Below are positions 16,621 to 25,758 of a stretch of DNA of 64,000 bases, piece after piece. The notes beneath the pieces are model-generated. The model saw only the letters and a program-made list of their open reading frames with translations, did not search any database and had not been told where the DNA came from. This DNA is from an uncultured Chloroflexia bacterium. GTDB lineage: Bacteria; Chloroflexota; Limnocylindria; Limnocylindrales; CSP1-4. Within the stretch, counting starts at the first letter, position 1. Every line of letters begins with the position of its first letter. The DNA lies in contig CAWHDR010000001.1 in assembly GCA_963828165.1 (NCBI GenBank), positions 1,408,001 through 1,472,000 on the forward strand, read 5' to 3'. A program made the translations under genes and the position numbers.

Positions 16621-17871
16621 TCATCCCCGGATGACCCCCAGCTCCCGGCCGACGGTGGAGAACGCCCCGAGCGCGCGGTCGAGCTGCGCGCGCGCATGGG
16701 CGGCCGTGACGATCGTGCGGATCCGCGCGAGGTCCAGGGCCACGGTCGGGAAGACCACGGGCTGGGCGAAGACGCCCTCGTCCATGAGTCGGTCGCTGAA
16801 CCGCATCGCGGTCTCCGGGTTGCCCATCATCACGGGGGTGATGGGGGTCTCGGAGCGGCCCGTATCGAAGCCCAGGCGGGCCAGCTCGGCCTTGAAGAAG
16901 CGCGTGTTGTCCCACAGCCGCGTGTGCAGCTCGGGCTCATCGACCATCACCCGGATCGCCTCGCGACAGGCTGCGACGACGGCCGGCGGATGAGACGTGG
17001 AGAACAGGAACGGACGGGACCGTTGGGTGAGGATCTCACGCAAGGCGACCGAGCCCGCGACGTAGCCGCCCTGCACGCCGACTGCCTTGCTGAGCGTCCC
17101 GACCTGGATCGCCACGCGACCGTGGAGGCCGAAATGGTCGACCGTGCCACGCCCGTCGCGACCGAGCACGCCGGAGGCATGGGCGTCATCCACGAAGACG
17201 GCCGCTCCGGCCGCTTCGGCTGCCTCCACGATGCCCGGGAGTGGCGCGATGTCGCCGTCCATGCTGAACACGCCGTCCGTGACGACCAGGATCAATCGGT
17301 AGGGTTCGCCACTTCCCGGTCGGCCGTCGCGCACCGCCTCGTCGAGCACGGCTCGCAGCGCGTCCACGTCGGCATGGGGATAGATCTTGCGCGGCGCCTT
17401 GGACAGGCGCATCCCATCGATGATCGATGCGTGGTTCAGGCTGTCGCTGACGATGAGGTCGGTTTCGCCGGTGATCGTCGGGATGACGCCGGTGTTGGCC
17501 GTGAAGCCGGACTGGAAGGTCAGGACGGCGGGCGTGCCCTTGAACTCGGCGAGCTCCGCCTCGAGCGCCTCGTGCATGGACATCGTGCCGGCGATCGTGC
17601 GGACGGCTCCCGAGCCTACGCCGAAGTCGCGCACGGCCGCGAGCGCCGCCTCACGGAGACGGGGATGATGGGTCAGGCCCAGGTAGTCGTTTGACGACAG
17701 GCTGATCAGCCGGCGTTCGTCGACCGACACGATCGGACCCTGACCGCTGCTCATCACCCGCAGGGCGCGGTACAGGTGGCGCTCACGCAGGGCCGCGACC
17801 TCGTCGTCCAGGAAGGCGAGCGGGTCGGGGAGGAGCGGGGTCGCGAGCGGATCGCTCTGATCGGTCGACAT
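16621..17871 (-). CDS. kbl: Glycine C-acetyltransferase (2-amino-3-ketobutyrate CoA ligase)
   Basis: SSNDYLGL, SGAVRTIAGT, LNHASIIDG, DGVFSMDGD, DDAH, GTLSKA; adjacent to tdh. Confidence 0.92.
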   Translation of the reverse strand: MSTDQSDPLATPLLPDPLAFLDDEVAALRERHLYRALRVMSSGQGPIVSVDERRLISLSSNDYLGLTHHPRLREAALAAVRDFGVGSGAVRTIAGTMSMHEALEAELAEFKGTPAVLTFQSGFTANTGVIPTITGETDLIVSDSLNHASIIDGMRLSKAPRKIYPHADVDALRAVLDEAVRDGRPGSGEPYRLILVVTDGVFSMDGDIAPLPGIVEAAEAAGAAVFVDDAHASGVLGRDGRGTVDHFGLHGRVAIQVGTLSKAVGVQGGYVAGSVALREILTQRSRPFLFSTSHPPAVVAACREAIRVMVDEPELHTRLWDNTRFFKAELARLGFDTGRSETPITPVMMGNPETAMRFSDRLMDEGVFAQPVVFPTVALDLARIRTIVTAAHARAQLDRALGAFSTVGRELGVIRG

Positions 17872-17891
17872 GGGCGCCTATGTTCGCCGAC

Positions 17892-18921
17892 TCAGGCGGT
17901 CCAGTCCATGATCACTTTTCCCGATTCACCAGTACGCGCAACGGAGAATGCCGCCTCGTGCTCGCGGAATCCGAAGCGATGCGTGATCGCGGGCGTGATG
18001 TCCAGCCCCGACTGGAGCATCACGGTCATCTTGTACCAGGTCTCGTACATCTCCCGGCCGTAGATGCCGCGCAGCGGTGAGCATCTTCATGACGACCGCG
18101 TTGATGTCGAGGCTGATGTCCTCGGTCGGCAGCCCCAGGATCGCGACGCCGCCGCCGTGTGCCATCGATGCGATCGCGTCGCGCAGGGCTCGCGCGTTCC
18201 CGGACATCTCCATCGCCACGTCGAAGCCCTCGACCATGTCGAGATCCTCGAACAGGTCGGTGAAGGCGCGCTCGCGCGGATCGATGGCCATCGTGGCGCC
18301 CATCCGGATCGCGAGCTCGCGGCGGAACGGGTTCGGCTCGCTGACCACGATGTGCCGAGCGCCGGCGTGGCGAGCCACGGCCGTGGCCATCAGGCCGATC
18401 GGGCCCGCGCCGCTGATCAGCACGTCCTCGCCGAGGATCGGAAACGCGAGCGCGGTGTGGACCGCGTTGCCGAAGGGATCGAAGATCGCGGCCACCTCGG
18501 GGTCGACGCCTGGCCAGTGATGCCAGATGTTCGTCATCGGGAGGGCCACGAACTCGGCGAAGGCACCGTCGCGCCCGACGCCGAGACCGATCGCCCGCGC
18601 GCACAGGTGCCGCCGGCCGGCGAGACAGTGGCGGCACCGGCCGCATACCACATGACCCTCGCCGCTCACGAGATCGCCCGGAGCGAAGTCCGTGACATTG
18701 GCACCGACCTCGACGATCTCGCCGACGAACTCGTGGCCGACGGTCAGCGGCGGTCTGATCGCGTTCTGGGCCCAGGCGTCCCACGACTCGATGTGGAGGT
18801 CCGTGCCGCAGATGCCGGTCTTCTGGACGCGGACCAGGACGTCGTTGATGCCGACGGGTGGGTCCGGGACCTCACGTAGCTCAAGCCCGCGCCCGGCCGC
18901 TATCTTGACGAGCGCCTGCAT
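17892..18921 (-). CDS. tdh: L-threonine 3-dehydrogenase, interrupted by a 1-nt insertion near 18075 (pseudogene or sequencing error)
   Basis: [31 protein letters not shown]; the C-terminus [16 protein letters not shown]...GKVIMDWTA* is in another frame ending at 17892. Confidence 0.9.
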
Positions 18922-19003
18922 GCACCGAGGGTACCTCGATATGCGTGACGTGCACGCCCTGCGCGCGACCGGTCTTCCCTAGGGAAGCTGTGCGTTTGTG
19001 GTT

Positions 19004-19789
19004 TCACGGAGTCTGGGGTCTGCTCGTGTCGAGGGCTGTAGGTGCCCAATGTCCGAGCGTTTCTGCCACGAGATTGAACCTTTCGTAGGTGACGATCGGC
19101 GCGTCTAGATTGAGCCCCTGCAATGGCCTCGTCGCGACTCGGCGCAGGCGAACAAGCCGCCCTTCGCTCTGATCGAAGGTCAAGTCGATGCGCATGCCTT
19201 CGATGTCCGATGACAGTCCATGGAGTGTTGTCATGGACCCCTCCGAGCGAGCCTGAATGCCCGGATTCGCGGACGCGATTTCGATGGCCAGATTGATTGC
19301 CGCCGGAGTTGGTTCGGCCTCCGTCAGCAGCCTGGCAAGGAAGTCGAGCATCTCTCCGGGTGAGATCTCACGCGTTCGAAGCCCATGGATCTGATCGCGC
19401 ACATCCTCCGCCGTACGAAACGACAGTTCGCCAGGCCCAAAGTTCTCGTTTACGGCTGGGTACAGCGGCGAGCCGATCGAGCGCCATTGCGCCTCCTCGG
19501 CGTCGGTCAAGAATTGATATGGCTCAAATTGCTCTCGTATTTGCCCAGATCCGTCAGGGCGTATCCAGATCTCTCGTTGATACCGCGTCTGGACCCATGT
19601 GGTGTCACGGGGATCGTCCACAAACGCCAGCAGGTAATCGATCTGGGCCGCAATGTGGCGGGTCGAAGTGGCTTCGGTGGACCGCGATGCAGTGCCGAAG
19701 AAAAGTGCTACCGCAACAGCAGCGATCGCGACGATGATCGCGGCCACTGGCGACGAGAGCCGCATCGGCCGGTTCGATCGCGATGCCAA
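19004..19789 (-). CDS. Hypothetical membrane-anchored/secreted protein (CU044_5270-like features)
   Basis: N-terminal TM; REIWIRPDGSG and DLTFDQSEGRLV segments; lower-GC codon usage. Confidence 0.55.
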   Translation of the reverse strand: MASRSNRPMRLSSPVAAIIVAIAAVAVALFFGTASRSTEATSTRHIAAQIDYLLAFVDDPRDTTWVQTRYQREIWIRPDGSGQIREQFEPYQFLTDAEEAQWRSIGSPLYPAVNENFGPGELSFRTAEDVRDQIHGLRTREISPGEMLDFLARLLTEAEPTPAAINLAIEIASANPGIQARSEGSMTTLHGLSSDIEGMRIDLTFDQSEGRLVRLRRVATRPLQGLNLDAPIVTYERFNLVAETLGHWAPTALDTSRPQTP

Positions 19790-19908
19790 ATCTCTAACTG
19801 CCTATTGATTCTGATGCTGCAACCCGCTGTTGCCCGGATCTGGGATCGTTGAGAAACATGGAACCATCCCCGCTGCCGGGAGACGCAGGTGTCTCGGCTC
19901 GAAATGCC

Positions 19909-19943
19909 GCAACGGTCGTGATCGGCTAGGTCACGACCGTTGC
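19909..19943. terminator. Hairpin downstream of 19953..20474
   Basis: gcaacggtcgtga-N9-tcacgaccgttgc perfect inverted repeat. Confidence 0.7.
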
Positions 19944-19952
19944 CTGCTTTAC

Positions 19953-20474
19953 CTAGAAGTTGCAGACGCCCGGCTGGATGGCGATGAGCCGCACGCTGCT
20001 CAGGACATCACCCTGAGTCAAATTCTGTTGTCCCGTGTCAGAGCCACGGTGGTCAAACCACGTGTCGTAGTTGGCGTGCCTGTAGAAACACCAAGCGGTT
20101 CCCGGGTCGACAAACGAAACGTAGGAACTGATGCAATCGTTCCAGTTGCTACCGCCGATGCCAGGGGCGTGACAGTTGCCAGCAGGCTGATGAGGGTCGT
20201 TGGTCAAGTCGGCGTCGCTTGCGCACTTCCACAACTGGTCATTGCCGTCGCTGAAGTCGCCGACCCCGTTCTCGTACAGGCGAATCTTGGTCGTGTCCGT
20301 CGAGAGGCAGGTGCCTTGAACCGCCGCGAACGCCATCGGGACGTTGGCAACGAAGAGGATTGATGCCATCAGCGCCGCCAGCGCTGGTCGTACGAATCTT
20401 GCCACGGATGCTTCCCTCCATACGTCGTCCAACGCGCTCAGCCGCACCTTACGGATGTCACAAAGGGCGGTCAA
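19953..20474 (-). CDS. Small secreted Cys-containing protein resembling peptidase inhibitor I36 / beta-gamma-crystallin-like fold (start uncertain)
   Basis: Signal peptide ending AFA; WNDCISSY, WCFYRHANY, DVLSSVR motifs; 6 Cys in the mature part. Confidence 0.6.
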   Translation of the reverse strand: MTALCDIRKVRLSALDDVWREASVARFVRPALAALMASILFVANVPMAFAAVQGTCLSTDTTKIRLYENGVGDFSDGNDQLWKCASDADLTNDPHQPAGNCHAPGIGGSNWNDCISSYVSFVDPGTAWCFYRHANYDTWFDHRGSDTGQQNLTQGDVLSSVRLIAIQPGVCNF

Positions 20475-20536
20475 GCCGAGCTTGACGATCGACCAAAGTC
20501 AAATGGTTGGCCCCAATGGGTCCGCGCCTCTTATCG

Positions 20537-21433
20537 CTACCGGGCGTCCTCGTCGGACCAGTCGATGACCGGGTTCTCGACGGACCCGATGCCCTCGATC
20601 TCGCAGCGGACCCAGTCGCCGGGCTCGAGGAACACGGGCGGGTCGCGAAACACGCCGACCCCGGACGGCGTGCCGGTCGCGATGACATCACCGGACTCGA
20701 GGGTGATGACCGAGCTGATGGACTCGACGAGGGCCGGCACGTCCCAGATCATGTCGGACGTCGTGCCGTCCTGCATCAGGTGCTCGACGCCGTTGCCGTC
20801 GATGCGCCAGCTGCGCAGGCGAAGACCGGCGGCCGGATCGAGCTCGTCGGCGGTGACGAGGACTGGACCCACCGGCAGGAACGTGTCCGAGCCCTTGGCG
20901 CGGAGCCACTGGCCGTCGCCCTTCTCGCCCTCGCGCAACGCCGGCGGGCTGCCCTGCCAGTCCCGGGCGCTGATGTCGTTGACCACGATGTAGCCCGCGA
21001 CATGATCCATGGCGTCGGCGCGGGTCACGCGGCGGGTCGTACCCCGGATGACGACCCCGAGCTCGACCTCGAGGTCCAGGGCGTGCGTGCCCTGGGGCCG
21101 CACGACCGGGTCGCCGTCCCCGACGATCGTGTTCGCGAACTTTGCGAAAAGGAGTGGGCGGGTCGGCGCCTCGCGGCCACCCTCCGCGGCGTGCTCGCGG
21201 TAGTTCAGGCCGACGCATACGACCTTGCTCGGGGCGAGCAGGATCGGCGCCGGTTCGAGGCCCTGGAGTGGCAACCGCTCCTCGGGCTCAGCCGATTGCC
21301 AGCCGACGGCATCTTCGAACTCGTCGTCGAGGCGACCGGTCGGGTCGAGCGGGCCGCCGCCGACCACGACCCGATCACCCTCGATCCGACCGGTGCGAAC
21401 GGCGTCCGCCCCGTAGAACGCGATCAGACGCAT
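20537..21433 (-). CDS. Fumarylacetoacetate hydrolase family protein
   Basis: KVVCVGLNYREH, DLEVELGVVI, VNDISARD, AKGSDTF, GDVIATGTPSGVG. Confidence 0.95.
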   Translation of the reverse strand: MRLIAFYGADAVRTGRIEGDRVVVGGGPLDPTGRLDDEFEDAVGWQSAEPEERLPLQGLEPAPILLAPSKVVCVGLNYREHAAEGGREAPTRPLLFAKFANTIVGDGDPVVRPQGTHALDLEVELGVVIRGTTRRVTRADAMDHVAGYIVVNDISARDWQGSPPALREGEKGDGQWLRAKGSDTFLPVGPVLVTADELDPAAGLRLRSWRIDGNGVEHLMQDGTTSDMIWDVPALVESISSVITLESGDVIATGTPSGVGVFRDPPVFLEPGDWVRCEIEGIGSVENPVIDWSDEDAR

Positions 21434-21443
21434 CGGGCGCCGG

Positions 21444-22391
21444 TCAGCTGGGGGACGCGGGCGGAGATGCGGCCGGGGCGGCCGGTTCGCTCGGGCCCAC
21501 GGACGGGGCCACGGACGCCGGCGCCGAAGGAGCGGCACTCGGCGCGACCGACGCCGGAGGGGCGGCCGATGCCGAAGGGGCCGCCGATTCCCGTGCCCCT
21601 GGGCACAGCTCCTCCGGGTTCGTGCGCTCACCGAAGGTCTGGTAGAAGTCGAGGATGGCCTGCTGATCGAGCGCCTGTAGCGGCAGGACGCGCCCCCAGA
21701 CGAGGGCCGCGAACGGCCAGGCCATGTCATCGAAGCGGGCAACCACCGGTCCGGGCGATTGGCCGCCGGGCTCGAAGCCGCAGACGGGACTCGCCGGGAC
21801 GGCATCGAACAGGGTGCGCAGAGCAGCCTGGTCGACATCCACGCCCTTGTACAGGATCACGAGGCCGCCGTGCTCGAGGTTGTGGACCCAGCCTTGCGGG
21901 ATGACCGCGTCGTCCGGCCCGTACACGCGCGCGGGGATCGGCGCGGCGGGCTGCTCGTAGTGCCGCCCGCTCGCAGGCGGGCAATAGGTGTAGGTGACCT
22001 TCGTGCCGGTCCGCACGTGGCCGCCGCCCGCGTCCGGCTGGACGTAGCCGGGCTGCGGCGAGGCGCCCTCGCGCGGAGACGCTGTCGGGGATGGCTCCCA
22101 GACCGTGGTGCAGGCGTATGCCGGCTGGGTTGCCACAGAAAACAGGCCAGCGCCGACCAGGGCGAGCACCGCCAGGACTGCGGCGCCCAAGATGATCGTC
22201 CGATATCGCTGGAAGATCGATGTCTTGGCCACTGGACGAGCGCGGTCGCGCCGGCCGGTCCGCGCAGCGCCGGTGGGTCCACTGGACCGTGTGGGTGGGC
22301 CGGCCGTGACGCTCGCGGGTCGATTCGAAGTCGGGCCAGTCGCCGGCACCTGACCGGCCTGACGCTGACGCCGACGGGATTCCTTGCTCAC
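21444..22391 (-). CDS. DUF3105-domain membrane-anchored protein
   Basis: PPASGRHY, WVHNLEHGGLVILY, ALVWG motifs after a TM. Confidence 0.85.
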   Translation of the reverse strand: MSKESRRRQRQAGQVPATGPTSNRPASVTAGPPTRSSGPTGAARTGRRDRARPVAKTSIFQRYRTIILGAAVLAVLALVGAGLFSVATQPAYACTTVWEPSPTASPREGASPQPGYVQPDAGGGHVRTGTKVTYTYCPPASGRHYEQPAAPIPARVYGPDDAVIPQGWVHNLEHGGLVILYKGVDVDQAALRTLFDAVPASPVCGFEPGGQSPGPVVARFDDMAWPFAALVWGRVLPLQALDQQAILDFYQTFGERTNPEELCPGARESAAPSASAAPPASVAPSAAPSAPASVAPSVGPSEPAAPAASPPASPS

Positions 22392-22518
22392 TCAGATGCC
22401 TCGATGCGGTCGATGTGTCGTTGGGATGCGCTGACCACGGCGGCGACGTGGGCCGATGGCGTGGGACGCGCCGGGTGAGGGTACCGTCCCGGAGCGAATC
22501 CGTGTGTCCGGCGTCGCC

Positions 22519-22899
22519 TCAGACCTCGTTCAGGTAGGCCCGGACCTCCGGGCGCAGGAGGCCGCGGAACAGCAGGATGCCCAGGACCGCGACGAAGATC
22601 GGCGCTGCCACGGGTACGGGGCTCGTTGCCAGCAACAGCACAGCGGGGATCGTCAGGCTGGCCAGCCCGATGGCCAGCCCGCGCGCCGCCTGCTTGCGCT
22701 GGAGCACGAGCGTCGTCGTGAAGATCGTGTAGGCGAGCAGGACCATGACGATCACGCCCAGAGGGCTGACCGGCGCCGCGATGGCCTGGTCCACGACGAA
22801 CCGCAGGCTCAGCCCGAGACCGGTGAGGATCAGCAACGCATAGACGAGGAAGAGGCGGATGCCGCCCGGCATCGCGCGGATGCTCGCGATCATGGACAC
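22519..22899 (-). CDS. Small 4-TM membrane protein
   Basis: Hydrophobic segments ending RPEVRAYL; TACCAT -10 7 nt upstream of GTG. Confidence 0.7.
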   Translation of the reverse strand: MSMIASIRAMPGGIRLFLVYALLILTGLGLSLRFVVDQAIAAPVSPLGVIVMVLLAYTIFTTTLVLQRKQAARGLAIGLASLTIPAVLLLATSPVPVAAPIFVAVLGILLFRGLLRPEVRAYLNEV

Positions 22900-22965
22900 G
22901 CGATGGATGGTACCGCCGCCCCGCGTGACGGTCCGCCGACCGCACGAGGCCCACAAGGCAGGGTA

Positions 22966-23023
22966 TTGACACCACGGCACGACCTGCCTAATGTCCGCTA
23001 AACCGGTTTGCTAAACCGGTTCA
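22966..23023 (+). promoter_or_regulatory. Sigma70 promoter with tandem LacI-type operators
   Basis: TTGACA(22966)-17 bp-TAATGT(22989), then GCTAAACCGGTT twice with 13-bp period (AAACCGGTTT palindromic core). Confidence 0.85.
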
Positions 23024-23066
23024 GGAGGAGCCGCGGCCGTATCGCCGCGCGAGGAGTCGGACCCGA

Positions 23067-24146
23067 GTGGAGCAAGGCACCCAGCGCCCGCGCATCGCGG
23101 ACGTCGCCCGGGAGGCGGGCGTCAGCAAGACCGCGGTCTCGTTCGCGTTCAACTCGCCGGACCGTCTGGCCCCCGAGACGGCGCTACGCATCCGGGCGGT
23201 CGCCGAGCACCTGGGCTATCGCCCGAACCCGGTCGCGCGGATGCTCACGCAGCGCCAGACCATGACGATCGGCGTGCTCACCCCGCAGGCCCTGAGCGTG
23301 ATCTTCAGCAACCCGTTCTTCGGCGCCTTCAGCGAGGGGGTCGCGCTGGCCGCCGAGGAGCACGGATACGGCCTCCACTTCATCTCGCCGCTGCGCGGCA
23401 GCCTGGCCCGGGCGATGAGTCGGGCGACCGTGGACGGCGTCGTCGCCATCGGCCTGTCGGACGGACACCCGGAGGTCGAGCAGATCCGACGTGCCCACGT
23501 CCCCATCGTGCTGGTCGACTCGACGGCTCTGCCCGAGCATGGCTCGGTCGAGATCGACGACGTCGGCGGAGCGCGCGCCGCCGGCGAATACATCCTGGGC
23601 CTCGGACATCGCGACGTGCTCGTCCTCGGCGTGGAGCCGCCGGCAGCGGATCTCGGCGGACCGGATCCGGACGGCGTGACGGGGCGGCGCCTGCGCGGCT
23701 ACCGGGAGGCATTCGCGGCCGCGGGTGTCCGGATCGAAGACGACCGCGTGATGGTCGGCCCCGCCAGCGTCGATGGGGGGATCGCGATCATCAATTCGGC
23801 TTGGGAGGACGGCCTCCGTCCGACCGCCATCCTGGCGATGTCCGACGCCATGGCCATCGGTGCGATGCGCGCCCTGCGCGACCTGCGCCTCGACATCCCG
23901 GGCGACGTCAGCGTCGTCGGGTTCGACGACATCGACCTCGCCCCGCACGTGGATCCTCCGCTCACGACGGTGCATCAGCCCATCCGTCGCAAGGGTGAAG
24001 AAGCGGTCCGCCTGCTCCTGTCCGTCGTGGAACGACGGGACCTGGAAAAGCCCGAGCATCGTCGGCTCGAGACGCGGCTCATCGTCCGCTCCTCGACCGG
24101 CCCGGTGCGAACGCGCCGGGAGGAGGTGGCCGGCGACCGAGACTGA
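23067..24146 (+). CDS. LacI-family transcriptional regulator
   Basis: IADVAREAGVSKTAVS HTH, YRPN..AR.L, SVVGFDD, PPLTTVHQP. Confidence 0.96.
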   Translation: MEQGTQRPRIADVAREAGVSKTAVSFAFNSPDRLAPETALRIRAVAEHLGYRPNPVARMLTQRQTMTIGVLTPQALSVIFSNPFFGAFSEGVALAAEEHGYGLHFISPLRGSLARAMSRATVDGVVAIGLSDGHPEVEQIRRAHVPIVLVDSTALPEHGSVEIDDVGGARAAGEYILGLGHRDVLVLGVEPPAADLGGPDPDGVTGRRLRGYREAFAAAGVRIEDDRVMVGPASVDGGIAIINSAWEDGLRPTAILAMSDAMAIGAMRALRDLRLDIPGDVSVVGFDDIDLAPHVDPPLTTVHQPIRRKGEEAVRLLLSVVERRDLEKPEHRRLETRLIVRSSTGPVRTRREEVAGDRD

Positions 24147-24337
24147 GGTCGGATCGGCGAGCGACAACCCCCGAGTTCGGTGCGGCTCGCCACGACGAAC
24201 GTACCGACGCACGGCCGCTCAGCCGCGGCGATCACAGGCCGGGACCACCGGCCAGACCGGTCGGCAGTCGCCGACCAGCTGTTGAGAACCGGACGGCGAC
24301 GGGCCGACCGGATCGAGTAGAGGAGACAACGATCGAA

Positions 24338-25603
24338 ATGAAGAAGCACCTTCGTCTTGCGGGCATCGTGGCGGGTGTGGCGATCATCGCCGCCGCGTGC
24401 GGCCCGTCCGCCGGAAGCGCGGCCCCAACGGCCGCATCCACGGCGCCATCCGTCGCCCCGGGCTCTGCCGCCCCGGCGTCAGAGGCCCCATCCGCCGCCC
24501 TCGAGGGCGAGGTCACCCTCTGGCACTCCTACGGGTCCGGCGGCGGTGAGACCGGCGCCCTGACCACGGTCCTGGACCAGGTCCGAGCGGCGAATCCGGG
24601 CCTGACCATCAACGTCGTCGAGCAGCCGTTCGACCAGATCTTCCTCAAGTGGCGCACGGACGTCGCCGCCGGCGAAGGCGCCGACATGTTCATCGCCCCG
24701 AACGACGACCTGGGCAAGGACGCCCGTGAGGAGTCGATCGCCAACCTCGACGAGTACCTCGCCGGCAACGCCGCACTCGAGGGCTACCTTCCGGTCGCGC
24801 TCGACGGCTCCAAGGTCGACGGCGCGTTCTACATGGTCCCGGAGTCGCTCAAGGCCGTCGCCCTGTGGTACGACAAGACGGCACTGCCGACGCCGCCGAC
24901 GACGTCCGATGAGCTCCTCGCCGGCGTCAAGGACGGCTCGATCAAGGTCGGCATCAACCAGGGCGTCTACCACCAGTTCGGCTGGACGGGCGCCTTCGGT
25001 GGCAACCTCATGGACGACACCGGGAAGTGCACCGCCGACGCGGGCGGCTTCGCCGATGCGTTCGCGTACCTCAAGTCCCTCAAGGACGCGGGCGCGACGT
25101 TCAACACGGACGGCAACGCCCTCAAGACGGACTTCCAGACCGGCAAGATCAACGCGATCATCGACGGGCCCTGGCAGACCGCGGACTTCCGCACGGCCCT
25201 TGCCGACAAGCTCGCCGTGACCACCATCCCGGCCGGACCGTCCGGGCCGGCGAATCCGTTCACCGGCACCGACGGCTGGTACATCAACCCCAACCTCGAT
25301 CCGGCGCAGCAGCAGCTCGCGGTCAACGTCGCGCTCGCGCTGACGGCGCCCGCCGCCGAGCAGGTCTTCGTCGACGACGCGGGCCATGTTCCCGCCAATC
25401 CGGCGGTGACGATCACGGATCCCATCACGCAGGGATTCGCTGATGCCGCCGCAGCCGGCCTGCCCCGGCCGCAGAACGCCGAATTCGGCAACTGGTGGGG
25501 CCCGTTCGGCGACGCGCTGAACAAGGTCATCGACACCGGCGCCGATCCGACAACGGCGGTCGCCGATGCCTGCCAGCTCATGAACGAGGCGAGCGGCCTC
25601 TAG
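24338..25603 (+). CDS. Maltose/maltodextrin ABC transporter substrate-binding lipoprotein (MalE-like)
   Basis: AGGAG SD; lipobox IAAAC; TLWHSY, ALWYDK, IIDGPW. Confidence 0.9.
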   Translation: MKKHLRLAGIVAGVAIIAAACGPSAGSAAPTAASTAPSVAPGSAAPASEAPSAALEGEVTLWHSYGSGGGETGALTTVLDQVRAANPGLTINVVEQPFDQIFLKWRTDVAAGEGADMFIAPNDDLGKDAREESIANLDEYLAGNAALEGYLPVALDGSKVDGAFYMVPESLKAVALWYDKTALPTPPTTSDELLAGVKDGSIKVGINQGVYHQFGWTGAFGGNLMDDTGKCTADAGGFADAFAYLKSLKDAGATFNTDGNALKTDFQTGKINAIIDGPWQTADFRTALADKLAVTTIPAGPSGPANPFTGTDGWYINPNLDPAQQQLAVNVALALTAPAAEQVFVDDAGHVPANPAVTITDPITQGFADAAAAGLPRPQNAEFGNWWGPFGDALNKVIDTGADPTTAVADACQLMNEASGL

Positions 25604-25758
25604 GCCCTCCCCTCACACCAACGCGGGGGCGTCCACCGGACGCCCCCGATCGCTCCCGGAGCGCGCCCGACCACATAGAATCCGGGCCCGCCCCAGGACC
25701 GATACCCGACCCCGACACCGCGGGCCGTACGTCAGCCGAGGATAGGGAGACTCGATCG

